Shown piece after piece: positions 41,948-55,513 of a stretch of DNA of 64,000 nucleotides. Made by a program: the position numbers and the translations under genes. Source of the stretch: Dictyostelium discoideum (Eukaryota); assembly GCA_000004695.1 (NCBI GenBank), contig CM000152.2:704001-768000 (forward strand), read 5' to 3'. A model generated the notes under the pieces. The model made no database searches. It saw only the letters and a list, made by a program, of their open reading frames with translations, and was not told the origin of the DNA. The number at the start of each line of letters is the position of its first letter. Positions within the stretch are counted from its first letter, which is position 1.

Positions 41948-41978
<31 letters not shown>

Positions 41979-42081
41979 TTATATGGGGGAGTATCATCTT
42001 TAAGGCGGAATCGGGATTATTAATAATAACGAAAAGAAAAAAAAAAAAAAAAAGAAAAGAAAAAAAAACGAAACAAAAAAG

Positions 42082-42763
42082 ATGGATACCAAAATTCAAT
42101 CACAGTTTATTTATATACCAATCAGAGGTTTTAATGATCAAGCATTAAAAATTGATATTTCCTCATTACCAGATTCAAAAGAATTGATTGAAGTACTAAA
42201 AGCAGAATTAGCACCATTAGATCTTTGGTTAAAATTAGCAGTAAGTTTTTAAATTTATATTAATTACTTGTATTGTTTTTATTATTAATTATTACTAACG
42301 ACAAACCAAATTTTTAAACAAATATAATATGTGTGTGTGTGTGTGTGTGTGTTTATTTGTATATTTATCAATAGAATGAATATTATAAACAAGATAGAAT
42401 TACAGATTTCATAGAGGTATTAAAACAAGTTACAGATGCAGATTTAGAACAATATTATAAAGATTCTAAATTAGATAGAATTGCAATGTTGAATGCATTA
42501 GCAAGTTATTATACACAATTAGGTTCACAAGAAAAAGATAAATCAAGAAGAGAGGAATACTTTTCAAATGCAACATTTCATTTCACAAAAGCTGATAGAA
42601 TCGATCCACATCAACCATTAACCTGGATTGGTAAAGCTGTACTCTTATTAACAAAAGGTGATTATGAACGTGCTGAATCAAATTTTAAACAAGTATTAGA
42701 TTTAGCAAAATCAAATAACACATTACCAGTTTTACCTGCAAAATTAGGTTCTGTAAGTTGAAA

Positions 42764-42842
<79 letters not shown>

Positions 42843-45666
42843 TATAAAAAATTATTATTATTAATATATATATTTTTAATTTTTTAGGCATGTATTTTAT
42901 TTAATCAAGGTAATTATATTAAAGCATTGGATACATATCAAAAAGTTATACAACAAAATTCAAATTGTTTACCATCGGTTAGATTGGGATTAGGATATTG
43001 TTATTTTAAATTGGGTAGAACCAAGAAAGCGAAGGAAGCATTCAAGAGAGTATTAGAATTGGATAGAGATAATGTTGAAGCTATGATTGGTTTAGCATTG
43101 GTATTGATGAATGAGAATCAAATACCAGAAGCAATGAAATTGATTTTATCCGCTTACCAATTAGCACCAACCAATTCAATTGTATTGAATCATTTAGCAA
43201 ATCATTATTTCTTTAGAGGTGAATATAATAAAGTGAACACATTGGGTGTTGCCGCATTCAATAATACCGATGTGGCTCATATTAAAGCCGAGTCTGCATA
43301 TCTCATTGGTAGAGCATTTCATGCAACTCAACGTTGGCAAGATGCAATTCAATATTATCATCAAGCAGTTCAAAAGAATCCTGATCTTTATTTGGCTCAA
43401 TTTGGTCTCGGTCAAATTCATATTCATAATGAAGATTATGATAAAGCAATATTATGTTTTGAACAAGTTTTATCAAAACAACCAAATAATTATGAAACAC
43501 TTCAAATTTTAGGTTCATTATATAAACATGGTTCATTATATAAATCAAATGTTAAATCAACTACTACCACTACATCAACAACAACAACAACAAATAATAA
43601 TATTAATATTAATAATAATAATAATTTATCAAATGAAATTATAAATAAAATTAAAAATGTATTAAAGAAAGCAACAGAATTAAATCCAAATGATTCAAGT
43701 AATTGGTTTGAATTAGGACAAGTATTAGAATCAACAGAAGTTTCAACAGCATTGGAAGCTTATGAAAAAGGTTTAAATCTTTTAAAGAAGGATGGTATTG
43801 TACCATCATTAGAGATTCAAAATAATATTGCAGTACTTAGACATCAAAAAGGTTTGTTGGTAGAAGCAGAGCAAACCTATTTAGATATTATTAAACAATC
43901 TGGTTATCAATTGAATCAATTCAAATCGATTAATATCACCTCAACCTATAATTTAGCACGTCTTTATGAGACTATGGGTCAAGTTAATAAGGCTGAAGAG
44001 TTATATAAAGGTATCATCAAGGAGCATCCAAACTATTATGATTGTTACTTACGTCTAAGTTGTATTTGTAAACAACAAGGTGACTACTATGAAGCTGGTG
44101 AATGGATTAGAGAGGTGTTGGATATCCAACCTGACAACCAAGAGGCATGGGCACTCTATGGTAATCTCCATCTTTACAAAGAGGAGTGGTATCCTGCTCA
44201 AAAGAATTTCGAACAAATCACAGAGAACCCTGACAACAAGAATGAAACCTATGCAAGTTTATCATTGGGTAACATCTATTACAATGCTAAATTCTCGAAT
44301 CCTGACAAGGTTGAAAAATACATTCTCAACGCTGAACAATTCTATAATCGTGTACTCACAAAGAATCCAACCAATATTTACGCAGCAAATGGTATCGGTA
44401 TGATTATTGCCGAGAAGGGTAATTTGAATTTAGCCGGTGAAACATTCCTTCAAATTCGTGAAGCCTCAATGGATTGTATACCGGTTTCTGTGAATTTAGC
44501 TCATATTTACGTCTCAAAGGGTCTCTTTGATAATGCCATTAAATTGTATGAGGGTTGTCTAAAGAAGAGTACTTCACCCAAAGAGATTGAAACCATCATT
44601 ATGTATTTGGCAAAGGTTTATTTCGATGCAAATCGTTTCTATGATTCAAAACAAACCTTAAAGAAAGCAATTCATATGTATCCTCATAATTTATCAATTC
44701 ATTTCAATTTAGCCATCTCCATTGAAATGCAAGCTACAATCTTTTTAGAGAAACATCAAAAGAATGCCACTGAAACTTTTAATATCATTAAAGAGTTGGA
44801 GTTTGCTCAAAGATTACTCACTCCATTGGCAAATACAAAATCAACTCCAAAATTAAATTTCAGTCCTTCAAAAGCTAAAACTCATCAAACTTCAATCGAA
44901 AAGATCTTGGTTTCTTTACGTACCGAGCATGAATCTATCGTAAAGATTGAAGCTGATCTATCAAAGAAAAGAGAGGCTGCCTTTGAAGAGGTTAAGAGAT
45001 TAGAAGAGGAAAAGAGAATCCGTGATCTTGAATTAAAACAACAATTAGAGGAGAAATTAGAAGCTGAAAGAAAATTAGCCTTTGAGGAAGAAGAGAAAAC
45101 TCGTGAAGAATTAGCAAAGAATAATGCCGCTGCTGCAATGATTGATGATGATTACAAAGATGGTGAAGGTGGTTCAACTAAAAAGAGAAAGAAAAATAAA
45201 AAAGATCAACAACAACAAGATGATGACTTTGATGATCAACCAGCTGAGTCAAAGAAAAAACAAAAGAAAGAAAAGAAAGAAAAGAAGGAAAAGAAAGAAA
45301 AGAAAGAAAAGAAAAAGAAATCTAAGAAAGTTAGTGGTGAAGGTGAAGAGGGTGCTGATGATAATAATGATACTGAACAACAACAAGAAGAAATGGCTGA
45401 AGATGGTGATCATAAAGAGAAAAAGAAGAAAAAGAAGAGTAAAAAAGATAGAAAAGATAAAAAAGATAAAAAACAAAAGAGAAAAGAAAAGAAACAAAGA
45501 GAAAAAGAAGAAAGAGAAGGTGAGGAAGATGATGAAAATGAAGAAACTGAAAATAGAGAAGAACAAGATGATGATAATACTGAAAAAGTTGATCAAGAAA
45601 TGCAAGATGCGAAAGAAGCTGAAAAACAAAAAGAAGTTGAAGACTTTTTTGGTAGTGAAAATGAAA

Positions 45667-45671
<5 letters not shown>
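42082..45671 (+). CDS. ctr9: RNA polymerase II-associated factor CTR9 homolog (Paf1 complex, TPR-rich); exons 42082..42240, 42375..42752, 42888..45671
   Basis: Colinear with human CTR9: LPDSKELIEVLKAELAPLDLWLKLA|NEYYKQ..., GKAVLLLTKGDYERAESNFKQVL, ACILFNQGNYIKALDTYQKVIQ, VRLGLGYCYFKLGRTKKAKEAFKRVLELD, VLNHLANHYFFRGEY, FGLGQIHIHNEDYDKAILCFEQVLSKQPNNYETLQILGSLY. It ends in a Lys/Glu-rich charged tail typical of CTR9. Two GTAAGT introns are phase 0; intron 1 contains (GT)11 and intron 2 contains (AAT)25. Confidence 0.85.
42765..42840. repeat. (AAT)25 microsatellite in CTR9 intron 2
   Basis: Immediately follows the GTAAGT donor at 42753. Confidence 0.9.
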
Positions 45672-45701
<30 letters not shown>

Positions 45702-45796
45702 AAGAATTAACAAAACAAAACAATAAAAAAAAAAAAAAAATTTGATTATAAAATTTAATTTATAAATGATTTTATTAATACAATAATATAATTATT

Positions 45797-48376
45797 TTAT
45801 TTTTCATCAAACCAATGAAATAAATTAGTAATATCTATTATATTTTTTTTAAAATTAATTTCTTTAAGGATATAATTGATTACTTCAATAGTTCCATTCC
45901 TTGTTAATAGTAATGAAATGTTATTTGGGTAAGATTCTAAATTTGAAAAGAATGTTTTATAATTTTCATTAATAAATTTCAAAGCTTCCAAATCATTATA
46001 TTTTATAATATAACCAATCAATAATGATTTAAAATTTAAAATATTTTTTTCTGAGGAATGTTCTTGAAAAATATTGAATAAAAAATTTATTATAAATTTT
46101 AAACCTTCAATATCATGATACTTTACCACACTCTTGATTATATTGAAACCATTAAATGTAAATAATTTTATCAACATATTTTCTGAAAAAGCAATAATTG
46201 GATTATATAATAATAGTGATAGTTGATCACTGTAATAATAGTATTCCAATAATATTAAATTGTCTGATATAATAAGTTTACCAGAATCGATATCTTCTTT
46301 TCTATTTTCAAAAATCCATGCTAAAAATTCCAAGTTATCTTTGTATGAATATTGCTGATCATTTAGTTTAATTTCTAAAATTTTTAAAAATCTATCAAGT
46401 GTAATCAATTTATCCTCTCTTAAATTTGAAAAACCTTCTTTTTCAAATTGAATTCCCCAATAATTTAATGGGATGAAATTTTTAAAATCTTGTAGATTAT
46501 TAATTACAAATTTTGAAAACCAAAAACCTACATTCTTTTCAATGGGTGTAGGTAGATGATGACAACATTGATAATAGTCATTTGGGTATTTTAGTTTAAA
46601 ATGATTTAAAATATTTGTAGTGTCATAAGTTTTTTTAATTGAACTTTTTGAGTTCTTCAATAAATTTACAAAATTAAATGTTTCTTTTAATTGTTCACAT
46701 TGATAAAGTAAATCAAAAACGTTTGTATCTTGAATGAAAACTAAAGCATTGCCACAAATATTTAAAAATTCTTTGTAAATAGGGCCAATATTGATTGAGT
46801 GAACTATCATTTTTAATAACTCTATGTCACCATATGAAATTAGAGTTTCAAATATAACTTTAATACCTAGACCTTTTAAAGAATTACCTTGAGCAAATGG
46901 TAATAATGATGGTTGTTTATTATTATTATAATTAATATTATTATTATTATCATAACTATGAGTGATATCATTGATAAAAAGTTGAACAAATTCTTTTTTA
47001 ATAGTTGAATTACTTTTACAAAATTTAAATAAATTAATAGTTTGATGATGGATATTGGGTGAAGCTGGCCAATTATTTGAAACGAAGAGTTTATATGAAC
47101 CACAATTCAAAGCTAAATCATTTAAATACCTTTTATCCACATCTTTAAAGTCATTATTATATTTTGCTTTGTAAAGAGTTAAATTTTTACTTTTACCATG
47201 TCTACTAAATTCAATAACTAACTGTACCATATTTTTGATATCTTTTCTATTTATTTCAAAATCTTCAAATTGAGTTTTTAAATCCTGTTCATTGAATTTT
47301 TTTGAAATTTCATTTAATTCATTTTTAGATAAAATGCTAAATTTATCATTTTCTTCATTTGTAGTATCAAATGAATAAAACTCTTTTACCTCGATAATGG
47401 TTGAAATAAAATAAATTAAATAACAAACATCTAAAAAGAATTGAAGTGGCTTCATCTCAATTGAACAATCAAAAGTTGGAATAACTGATGTTGGTGGTCT
47501 TTGATTGTATATATTTGATATGTTTTGTTCTATAACTAAGTTTGATAAAAGTTTAAGGGATTTGATTTTATAGAAAGAAATAACTAAATCTGGAAAAAAA
47601 AATTTGTATCCATATGATTTATTTTGAAAACCAATTTCACGAAATATTGGTTCTGAAATTGGTGAATAAGGACATAAAACAAAATGTTCTGAAACTATTG
47701 TTAAAACATCTTGATAAATTAATTTGAATTTGAATTTGTTTGATAAATAGTTTGATATTTCAACTGAACCATATTTAATTGATAATAGATAATGATCAAA
47801 ATTAAAAATAACTTTATTTTTATAATTTTCATTCTTATCAACATCATCATCATCATAATCATCATTACCTCTATCTTCCCTTGTATTATCTTTATTCATC
47901 AATTGATGATAATAATTAAATTCTATTTCTAGTAAAGCAACTAAACAATCCATAATAATTATTGAATCAATTGTCATCTTCAATGTTAATGGTTTCTCAG
48001 TGAAATAAATTGAATAATTTTTAAAAAGATTATTATAAAATTCTTTATCAATAGTTTTATCCTTAAAGTAATTGAAAATTACTATACCTGGATTCTTTGC
48101 AAATAATAAATTTTTTTCTCGATTTTTTATTTTATCTCTTAAAAGTTCTTTATTATAAATGGCTAATTTATCAACATCTTTTCTTCCATAGTAATTATAT
48201 CTCTTATTTTCATTTTCTCGTTTTGAAATATCTTTAGATAATGTATATCTTTTACCCCTATATTTTGGTAATAAATCTTGGGTCCCTTTTAATTTTAAAA
48301 ACGAAATAATATTATTTCTTATATAAATATTACCCCAAATTTCTCTATAAAATATATTATCACTATTTCTTTTCAT
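45797..48376 (-). CDS. Large lineage-specific hypothetical protein (859 aa)
   Basis: Single uninterrupted minus-strand ORF. The Asn/Ile/Lys/Phe-rich composition is typical of dictyostelid orphan families. N-terminal motif NIFYREIWGNIYIRNNIISFLK. No conserved domain recognised. Confidence 0.55.
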   Translation of the reverse strand: MKRNSDNIFYREIWGNIYIRNNIISFLKLKGTQDLLPKYRGKRYTLSKDISKRENENKRYNYYGRKDVDKLAIYNKELLRDKIKNREKNLLFAKNPGIVIFNYFKDKTIDKEFYNNLFKNYSIYFTEKPLTLKMTIDSIIIMDCLVALLEIEFNYYHQLMNKDNTREDRGNDDYDDDDVDKNENYKNKVIFNFDHYLLSIKYGSVEISNYLSNKFKFKLIYQDVLTIVSEHFVLCPYSPISEPIFREIGFQNKSYGYKFFFPDLVISFYKIKSLKLLSNLVIEQNISNIYNQRPPTSVIPTFDCSIEMKPLQFFLDVCYLIYFISTIIEVKEFYSFDTTNEENDKFSILSKNELNEISKKFNEQDLKTQFEDFEINRKDIKNMVQLVIEFSRHGKSKNLTLYKAKYNNDFKDVDKRYLNDLALNCGSYKLFVSNNWPASPNIHHQTINLFKFCKSNSTIKKEFVQLFINDITHSYDNNNNINYNNNKQPSLLPFAQGNSLKGLGIKVIFETLISYGDIELLKMIVHSINIGPIYKEFLNICGNALVFIQDTNVFDLLYQCEQLKETFNFVNLLKNSKSSIKKTYDTTNILNHFKLKYPNDYYQCCHHLPTPIEKNVGFWFSKFVINNLQDFKNFIPLNYWGIQFEKEGFSNLREDKLITLDRFLKILEIKLNDQQYSYKDNLEFLAWIFENRKEDIDSGKLIISDNLILLEYYYYSDQLSLLLYNPIIAFSENMLIKLFTFNGFNIIKSVVKYHDIEGLKFIINFLFNIFQEHSSEKNILNFKSLLIGYIIKYNDLEALKFINENYKTFFSNLESYPNNISLLLTRNGTIEVINYILKEINFKKNIIDITNLFHWFDEK

Positions 48377-48444
48377 TTTTTTTTTTTTTTTTTGATTTAA
48401 AAAAAAAAAAAAAAAAAAAAATCTTATTTTATTTTATTTTAATT

Positions 48445-48475
<31 letters not shown>

Positions 48476-49134
48476 TATTTCCTTGTCATTGTTTTAAAAT
48501 AAAAAAATTACAAAAAAATGGATGATAAATTTAATTCCATATAAACTTTCTTTCTTTTTCAATTTTTGAAATCATTTTGTTTATTTTTTAGTTTTCTTTT
48601 TATCCACACCAGATTCACAAAAAACAAATAAAATTAAAAAAAAAAAAAATTAAAATAAAATAAAAAAATGAAATAAAAAAGAAACTAAAGAAAACTGTAA
48701 TCATTTTTCCTTCAAAACTATAATCATTTTTCTCTACAAATAATAGTTTGAAAAATATAATTTTGATATTTGGTCAGAATTTTGATTAAATTGATTTTTT
48801 GTAATGGTAATAAATTCCAAAAGAATTTCAGAAATCTTAATTGATCCCTATAAATATGGAGTAAATGTGTTGATTGGATACAATAAAGAACAAATTATTT
48901 TTTTAAAAGAATAATGATTAATTTCTTTTTTTTTTTTTTTTCTTTTTTTTTATTTTATTTTTTTGTTTTATTTTAATTTTTTTTTTTGGAAGGAAAAAAA
49001 AAAAAAAGGTTTAATTAAAAAAATGATGATTTATATATGTTATTTATTAAAAAAATTTGATTTATATTTTTTAAAAAAAAAACAAGGTGAATGAATGAAT
49101 TAATAAATGTTAGTGATAAAAAAAAAAAAAAAGA

Positions 49135-50301
49135 TTAAGATTTTAAAGATCTTGCAATTTTTGCGATTTTAACAATTAAATCTTTTTCAGGTATTTTATC
49201 AGTTGAAGAGACGGTAATATCTAGAATTGGAACTCTATAGTTATTATGACTTGGTAATAATTGTAGCATGAGATAGAAAAGACCATCCAAAGCGGATTCA
49301 CCAACAATGACAGCGGCATCTCTAAATTGGACTACTTTATTGTAAGTTTCACCATCGAAATTGGAAGGATGTGGAGAAGGACAAGTTTGTAAATGTTTGC
49401 CATTGGTATTGAATTTCTTTGAAGCATCGTGAATAGTTTCCCAACCCAATTTCAAATGTTCGATACATTGTAACTCTACATCCTTTTTAAAGTTTCTAAT
49501 TTTTTGACCCAATTCAATGCAATCCTTGAGCTCTTTAATCTCAGAGAAAGATTTAATTGAATCCAAGAAAGAGTAATATAAAACCTTTAAACATTTCAAA
49601 GTACGACTACGTAATTCAATCAGTTTAGTTAAATCCTCGGTATCTCTTTCCATCATTGTTATTTCAAATGTTGATGGTGATGATGAAAATAGATCACCTG
49701 GTGATGATGAAAGATTTAAATGATTATTCTTAATTTCAAATGATGATGCTGCTCTAATTGGTAATGGTCTATGACTATGTTGATTACCACCAATTGGTAA
49801 TTGTGGTGTAGATGATGATGATGTTGAACTTGAAATTGGTTTTGGTCTAGTTGGTGTTGTTATATTTAAATTAGATGATGATGAATTTGCTGTACTACTA
49901 TTTGGTATTATTACATTTCTAGATGGTGTATTTTGTTGTTGTTGTTGTTGTTGTTGTTGTGATTGTTGTTGTTTTGAAATTAATTGTGACATTTGTGAAA
50001 TTGATGATGAAACTGATGGATTTGATGTTGAAATAATTGAACCATTTAAATTATTACTGCTATTACTTGTTGGTAAAACTGGTAAAGGTCTATGACTATT
50101 ATATTTTTCTGGTGATGTTGCCTCTATATTATTATTATTATTATTATTACTATTTACATTATTATTTTCAATTGAAATTGGTTTTATAAATGATGAACCT
50201 GAAATTGTAACTGATCTTGATGGTACTGCACCACTCTTTTGTGTATCACTTAATGTAAGATCTGTCATTGCTCTACTTGTTTTTACTAATGTTTCATTTG
50301 A

Positions 50302-50357
<56 letters not shown>

Positions 50358-50632
50358 ATGTACTATCATTACTTGATGATAAAAAAGTTCTTAAAGGTAC
50401 AATTGGTTTAGAAGTTGGTGAAGTTGAAACTATATTTAAATTTGATTGTGTTGGAGTTGGTGGTTGATTTGGTGTTGATGATGACATTGTTAATGAAGAA
50501 TTTGAAGGTGATGATGAAAGTTGTTTATCTAATTGATTTTGTTGATATTGTTGTAAAAGTGAAGATGGTAATGAAAATGGTGGAATTGGTACGCCTGTAG
50601 CTTTTCTTGGTGTAGTTGGTGGTGATGGTGAC

Positions 50633-50680
<48 letters not shown>

Positions 50681-50903
50681 TGATGAGAACTTAAAACTGG
50701 TGCAGGTTGTTGATATTGTTGTTGTTGTTGTAATCTTGAGAATAAAAACGATCCACTATGTTTTAATGGTGGAGTTGTTTTACCTGGTGATGATGGCATT
50801 AATGATCCTGAACTAACATTATTTGCTGATTGTATTATTAAATTACTATTATTACTATTATTATTACTATTATTACTATTATAATTATTATTAATATTAT
50901 TAA

Positions 50904-50938
<35 letters not shown>

Positions 50939-52351
50939 GTATTAATTGGTGAAGTTGATGTTGAACTTGAACCAGAACTAGAACCATTATTATTAATAGT
51001 AGAAGGTGAAGATGATATTAAAGAAGAAGAAGAATCAATTGAAGATTGTACATTAAATAATGAATCAGTCATTGCATCTAAAAACTGTTCGATATTTTCA
51101 AAGTTTGGTCTTTTTGTATGATCACGATGAAAACAAGCTTCAATGATTTTTCTAAGATCACCTTCAATTTCTGGAGGGATCATTGGTGGTAAACCTTCCT
51201 CACGAACACGTGCCAATTCGAGGTAACCCAATTGATCATACTCTTGATAGGGTCTTTTATTAGTGAGAATTTCAATTAAACAAGCACCATAACTCCAAAC
51301 ATCAGCTGCTCTTGAGAACTTTTTCTGTGTGAAAACTTCTGGTGACATGTAAAGGAATGAACCTTCAACCGTTGGACCATAGAAAGAACGTGATGATGAT
51401 GTGGCCAACCCGAAATCTGCCAATTTAATTGAGACGGGCGCTTCTGGTGAGATAGAGACCACTAAAAAGTTTTGAGGCTTTAAATCCAAATGCAAAATCT
51501 CGTTTCTATGTAGAAAGCACATACCCTTTGCGATATCATTTGCCATCTTCAAACGGAGTTGTGGCGAGAAGGTGTAGTTTGGATTGTGGAGGTATTTATC
51601 CAAACTTCCACCCTCGATATACTCCAACACCAAACATTTGGGTGAAACGCAAAAACCAACAAAATGTACAATATTTGGATGATGTAATAACTCTTTATGC
51701 ATTTCCAACTCCTTTTCAAACTCACTACCATCAGAGAGTTCCGAGATGACTTTGACTGCCACTGAAAGACCCCTCCATTTTGCTTTGTAGATTGCACCGT
51801 ATCCACCGCCACCAATAACATTACCAATTTCCAACTCTTTGTAATCTAAAACCTGTGACATCTTTGAATCGATCTTTATCGTGAACAAATGTCTGCCACT
51901 ATTGGCAATATCCACTGCTATCAATTCTCTAACCCTTGTTGTGCATAAAACTACCATCTCTACCAATATCTCTACAGATTGTCCTTTCTTTATAACACCA
52001 CCACTTGGTGTAAATGTTAACTTTATATTTGGTGAATGAACTGGAATATTACAAAAATTAAATGTTGTTTTACCACTACCTGTTGAATTTATCTTTATCT
52101 TATCTTTTAATGTTACTCCAACTTTACATTTCTCTCCTTCTTTTAAATTAAAATCAAAATGATATTTTGAAAATTGAACTGAATATTTTGGTTGATCTTC
52201 ATCTAAAAATAATAATAATAATAAAATAAAAATAATAATAAAATAAAATAAAATAAAATAAAATAAAATAAAATAAAATAAAATAAAATAAAATAAAATA
52301 AAATAAAATAAAATAAAATAAAATAAAATAAAATAAAGGGATTAATATTAT

Positions 52352-52382
<31 letters not shown>

Positions 52383-53040
52383 GAAAAAAATGAAAGCACA
52401 TACTTGGAAAAATTGAGTGTCTCGCTCTATATTGTGATTTTGTTCTATCTTCAATAGTTTGTTCAAAAAATAATGTTTTCAATGATTCAATTTGTTTTCC
52501 TTCAATTATCCCACTGCAACCCCTATTAGATTTTGATTTTTGATTTTTTTTTTTTTATTGATTTTTTTGATTTTTTTTTTTTTATTGATTTTTTTGATTT
52601 TTTTTTTTGAAATTTTTTTTTTTTTTTTTGATAATTTTTTTTTGGGGGATTTTTATTTTAAAAAAAAAAAAAAACAGTTAAAATTTTTACGATATTGCGA
52701 TATTTTTTTATTTTGGTTTTTGTGATAAAAAAAAAAAAAAGTTTTGTTTGATAATAAAAAATTATGAAAAAAAAATAAAAAATTTATCACGAAAAAGAAA
52801 AAAAATGTGTGGGAATAATTCATATGAAGAAAGATAATAATATGTATAGTTTTATTTTTATTTTATTTAATGAGTGCGAGTGTGTGTGGGTTATCTTGTT
52901 ATTTAAAATGAAAAATAATTAGATTAAAAAAAAAAAAAAACTTACAATTTTAAAAGGTGGTGTAATTCTTCATCACAATCAGTATCTTGATCGATTTCAT
53001 TTGGATTGAACCAATCACCATCAGAACTTGTGTATATCAT
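49135..53040 (-). CDS. Protein kinase (TKL-like Ser/Thr/Tyr kinase) with N-terminal beta-rich domain, ~500-aa Ser/Asn/Gln/Pro-rich linker and conserved C-terminal domain; exons 52946..53040, 52404..52522, 49135..52202
   Basis: Kinase subdomains: [62 protein letters not shown]. In-frame coding continues upstream of the tracked ORF, which began at an internal TTG at 51966. Acceptor TTTTAG at 52203/4 (phase 1) pairs with the GTATGT donor at 52403. The exon-2 acceptor is TAATAG at 52523/4, and the GTAAGT donor of exon 1 (ATG 53038..53040, [18 protein letters not shown]...) is at 52945. Intron 2 contains (AAAAT)n. Confidence 0.7.
52241..52337. repeat. (AAAAT)n pentanucleotide repeat (~19 units) inside kinase-gene intron 2
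   Basis: aaaataaaat... runs 52241..52337 between the acceptor at 52203 and the donor at 52403. It appears as (FILFY)n in the ORF track. Confidence 0.9.
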
Positions 53041-53396
53041 TTATATTTGTATATATGTGATTTTATAAAATATATTTTTTTTTTTTCTTTTTGCTTTTTT
53101 TTTTTTTTTTTTTTCTTTTTTTTTTTTTTAATAAATAACGAACTTGATTTGATTAAATAAATAAATAACTATATTATAATGGCTATAATATTTAAAAAAT
53201 AATAAATGTAATGATTTGCGTGCTTTATGAATTTTTAAATATAAAAAATATTATATCTTTTATTGTGATTATTATATGATATTTTTTTTATTATTATTAT
53301 TATTGTTATTTTTTTTTTTTTTTTTTTTCAATTATAAATATGTGTGTATGTGGTGTGGGAGTTATTTGTGTGAAACAAATAATTTGAGAGTATGAG

Positions 53397-53455
<59 letters not shown>

Positions 53456-53457
53456 AT
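53397..53457. repeat. (AAAT)15 tetranucleotide repeat; nearby (GT)13 at 53721..53750
   Basis: Direct reading of the intergenic region upstream of the kinase gene. Confidence 0.85.
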
Positions 53458-53492
53458 AGTGTTCTATTGCAAAATCTGAGGTGCGAAGTTTG

Positions 53493-53528
<36 letters not shown>

Positions 53529-54300
53529 TTTTTTTTTTTTTTCAATTTTAAAAAAAAATAAAAAAATAAAATAAAATAAAAAATAATTGATAGGGTGTGG
53601 AGTTTTGTGTGAAGTTTTATTCTAATAAAAAGACTTTATTGCAATTTAAAAGGTCAAAAAAATTTTATTAGAACTTTTGAATTCGCTAAAAGTTGTTTAT
53701 TTATGTATGTATGTATGTGGTTTGGTACAGTGTGTGTGTGTGTGTGTGTGTTGGTTGTGGTGGTATATTTAGTTGAAAAAATAATAAAAGTTAAAAATAA
53801 TAATCTATTTTTTGTGTATGAGGACCTTATGTGAACCTTTTTTTTTTTTTTTATTTTTTTTATTTTTTTTATTTTTTTTTAGTTTGATTTTTTTTTTTTT
53901 TGTTATTTCTTTTTTTTTTTATTATTTTATGTCTAATGATATAGTGCAAACCAAGTTAAAAAAATAAAAAAAAAAAAAAAAAAAAATAAAATAAATTTTT
54001 TTTTTTTTTTTTTTTCGAAATTTTGTGGAGAGCGTTAAATAAATTCAATAGTGTTGGTGCCAAAAATATAAAAAAAAAAAAAAAAAAATTTGATAATCGA
54101 GATCCCAATTCCACAAAATACGAATTGCCACTTAAACTCCCCGTCAAAAAAAGAAAAAAAAAGAAAAAAAAACAAAACAAAACCAGAACAATATGTCTAC
54201 AATGCTAAAAAAAAAAAGAAAAAAAAAAAAAAATAAATAAATAAAAAAAAAAATAATAATAATAATAATGATAAAAAAGGAAAAAAAAAATAAATAATAT

Positions 54301-54333
<33 letters not shown>

Positions 54334-54527
54334 TGATCCATTGGTTGTGATAAATTCGTTACAGTGCGTTATGATAAATATAAAACTTCGAGGTTGATTG
54401 TATGGTTTGATGACAAAAAAATATTAGAAAAACTTTTCGAACCACAAGAAGATAATGATTTAATAAAACAATTGGATCAATTGACTCTTATGTAACTTTA
54501 AATAATGTGTAAATAAAAAAAAGACTT

Positions 54528-54652
54528 ATTTTTTTAAGTCAATACCACTTTTTTTATTTTTTAATTTTTTAATTTTTTAATTTTTTAATTTTTTTAAGTC
54601 AATACCACTTTTTTTATTTTTTTATTTTTTAATTTTTTAATTTTTAAAATTC
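54528..54652. repeat. Tandem duplication of a ~67-bp unit (TTTAAGTCAATACCACTTTTTTTATTTTTTAATTTTTTAATTTTTTAATTTT) directly upstream of the 54682 ORF
   Basis: Two near-identical copies begin at about 54528 and 54595, differing by a few T-run lengths. Confidence 0.8.
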
Positions 54653-54681
54653 ATAAATCATAGATATAAATAAATTTAAAC

Positions 54682-55224
54682 ATGAATAATACAGGTAATC
54701 GTCTCGATTTAAACATGAATAATACAGGTAATCGTCTCGACATGGATGGTTCAAGGACTCCAGTAACACGTGGTAAAGCAAAAAAGAATAGCATTAATGC
54801 TTACCTGATAATAATAATCATGCTTTCGTTATTATCAGCTTTCTTAGTCCAACATTCTATGAATTTAAACAAACAACTTCAACAACAAACAACCAAGACA
54901 AATGACTTTGCATACGAGCTTTTAACACTATTGATCTCGAAACACACCAACGACATATCAGGTAACGATAACAATGTTCATAGTGGCAGTGGGGATATTA
55001 ATATACAAAATATGATAGATGAAATTGCAAATGAAAACACGAGAAAGATTTTACTGGATGCAATAAACAGTGGTAATTTATCTGGGTTAAAAGCAGCAAT
55101 TTCAAAAGCCAATGGTCAAGTTAAACACACTGTCGATAAGGCTGTTCATCAAGTTGGAAATGTTGCTAATAAAGCAGGAAAACAATTAGAAAAAGAAGTA
55201 AAGAGATTTTTCAAGAGATTTTAA
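54682..55224 (+). CDS. Hypothetical single-pass membrane protein (180 aa)
   Basis: ORF with an in-frame direct duplication at the N-terminus (MNNTGNRLDLN-MNNTGNRLDM). TM segment AYLIIIIMLSLLSAFLV. C-terminus GNVANKAGKQLEKEVKRFFKRF. No family recognised. Confidence 0.4.
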   Translation: MNNTGNRLDLNMNNTGNRLDMDGSRTPVTRGKAKKNSINAYLIIIIMLSLLSAFLVQHSMNLNKQLQQQTTKTNDFAYELLTLLISKHTNDISGNDNNVHSGSGDINIQNMIDEIANENTRKILLDAINSGNLSGLKAAISKANGQVKHTVDKAVHQVGNVANKAGKQLEKEVKRFFKRF

Positions 55225-55460
55225 AAAGTAATAACAATACAAATAAAAATAATATTAAAACATAAACAGTCTTTGTATTTTGTAACATTAAACTCTTATA
55301 TCAATTGTTGTAGGGAATTTTATTATTTAATTTCACTACAGTAGCGCAGTGAAAAAAAAAATCACTGACCCTAAATTTTTTTTTATTCAAAAAACAAATA
55401 AAGTTTATTATTTTTTTGTTTTTAATTATTAATTCCTATTTTAATGGTTAATTATTATTA

Positions 55461-55513
<53 letters not shown>

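Noticed and set aside
45142-45726. Three overlapping ORFs (194, 154 and 130 aa) of Lys/Phe/Leu repeats on both strands
   Set aside because: They are alternative-frame and antisense readings of the (AAG/GAA)n region that encodes the genuine Lys/Glu-rich C-terminus of CTR9.
51966-51966. ORF-track start MVEMVV... as the kinase N-terminus
   Set aside because: That M is an in-frame TTG. The open frame continues upstream to a TTTTAG acceptor at 52203/4 and to two further 5' exons with a genuine ATG at 53038..53040.
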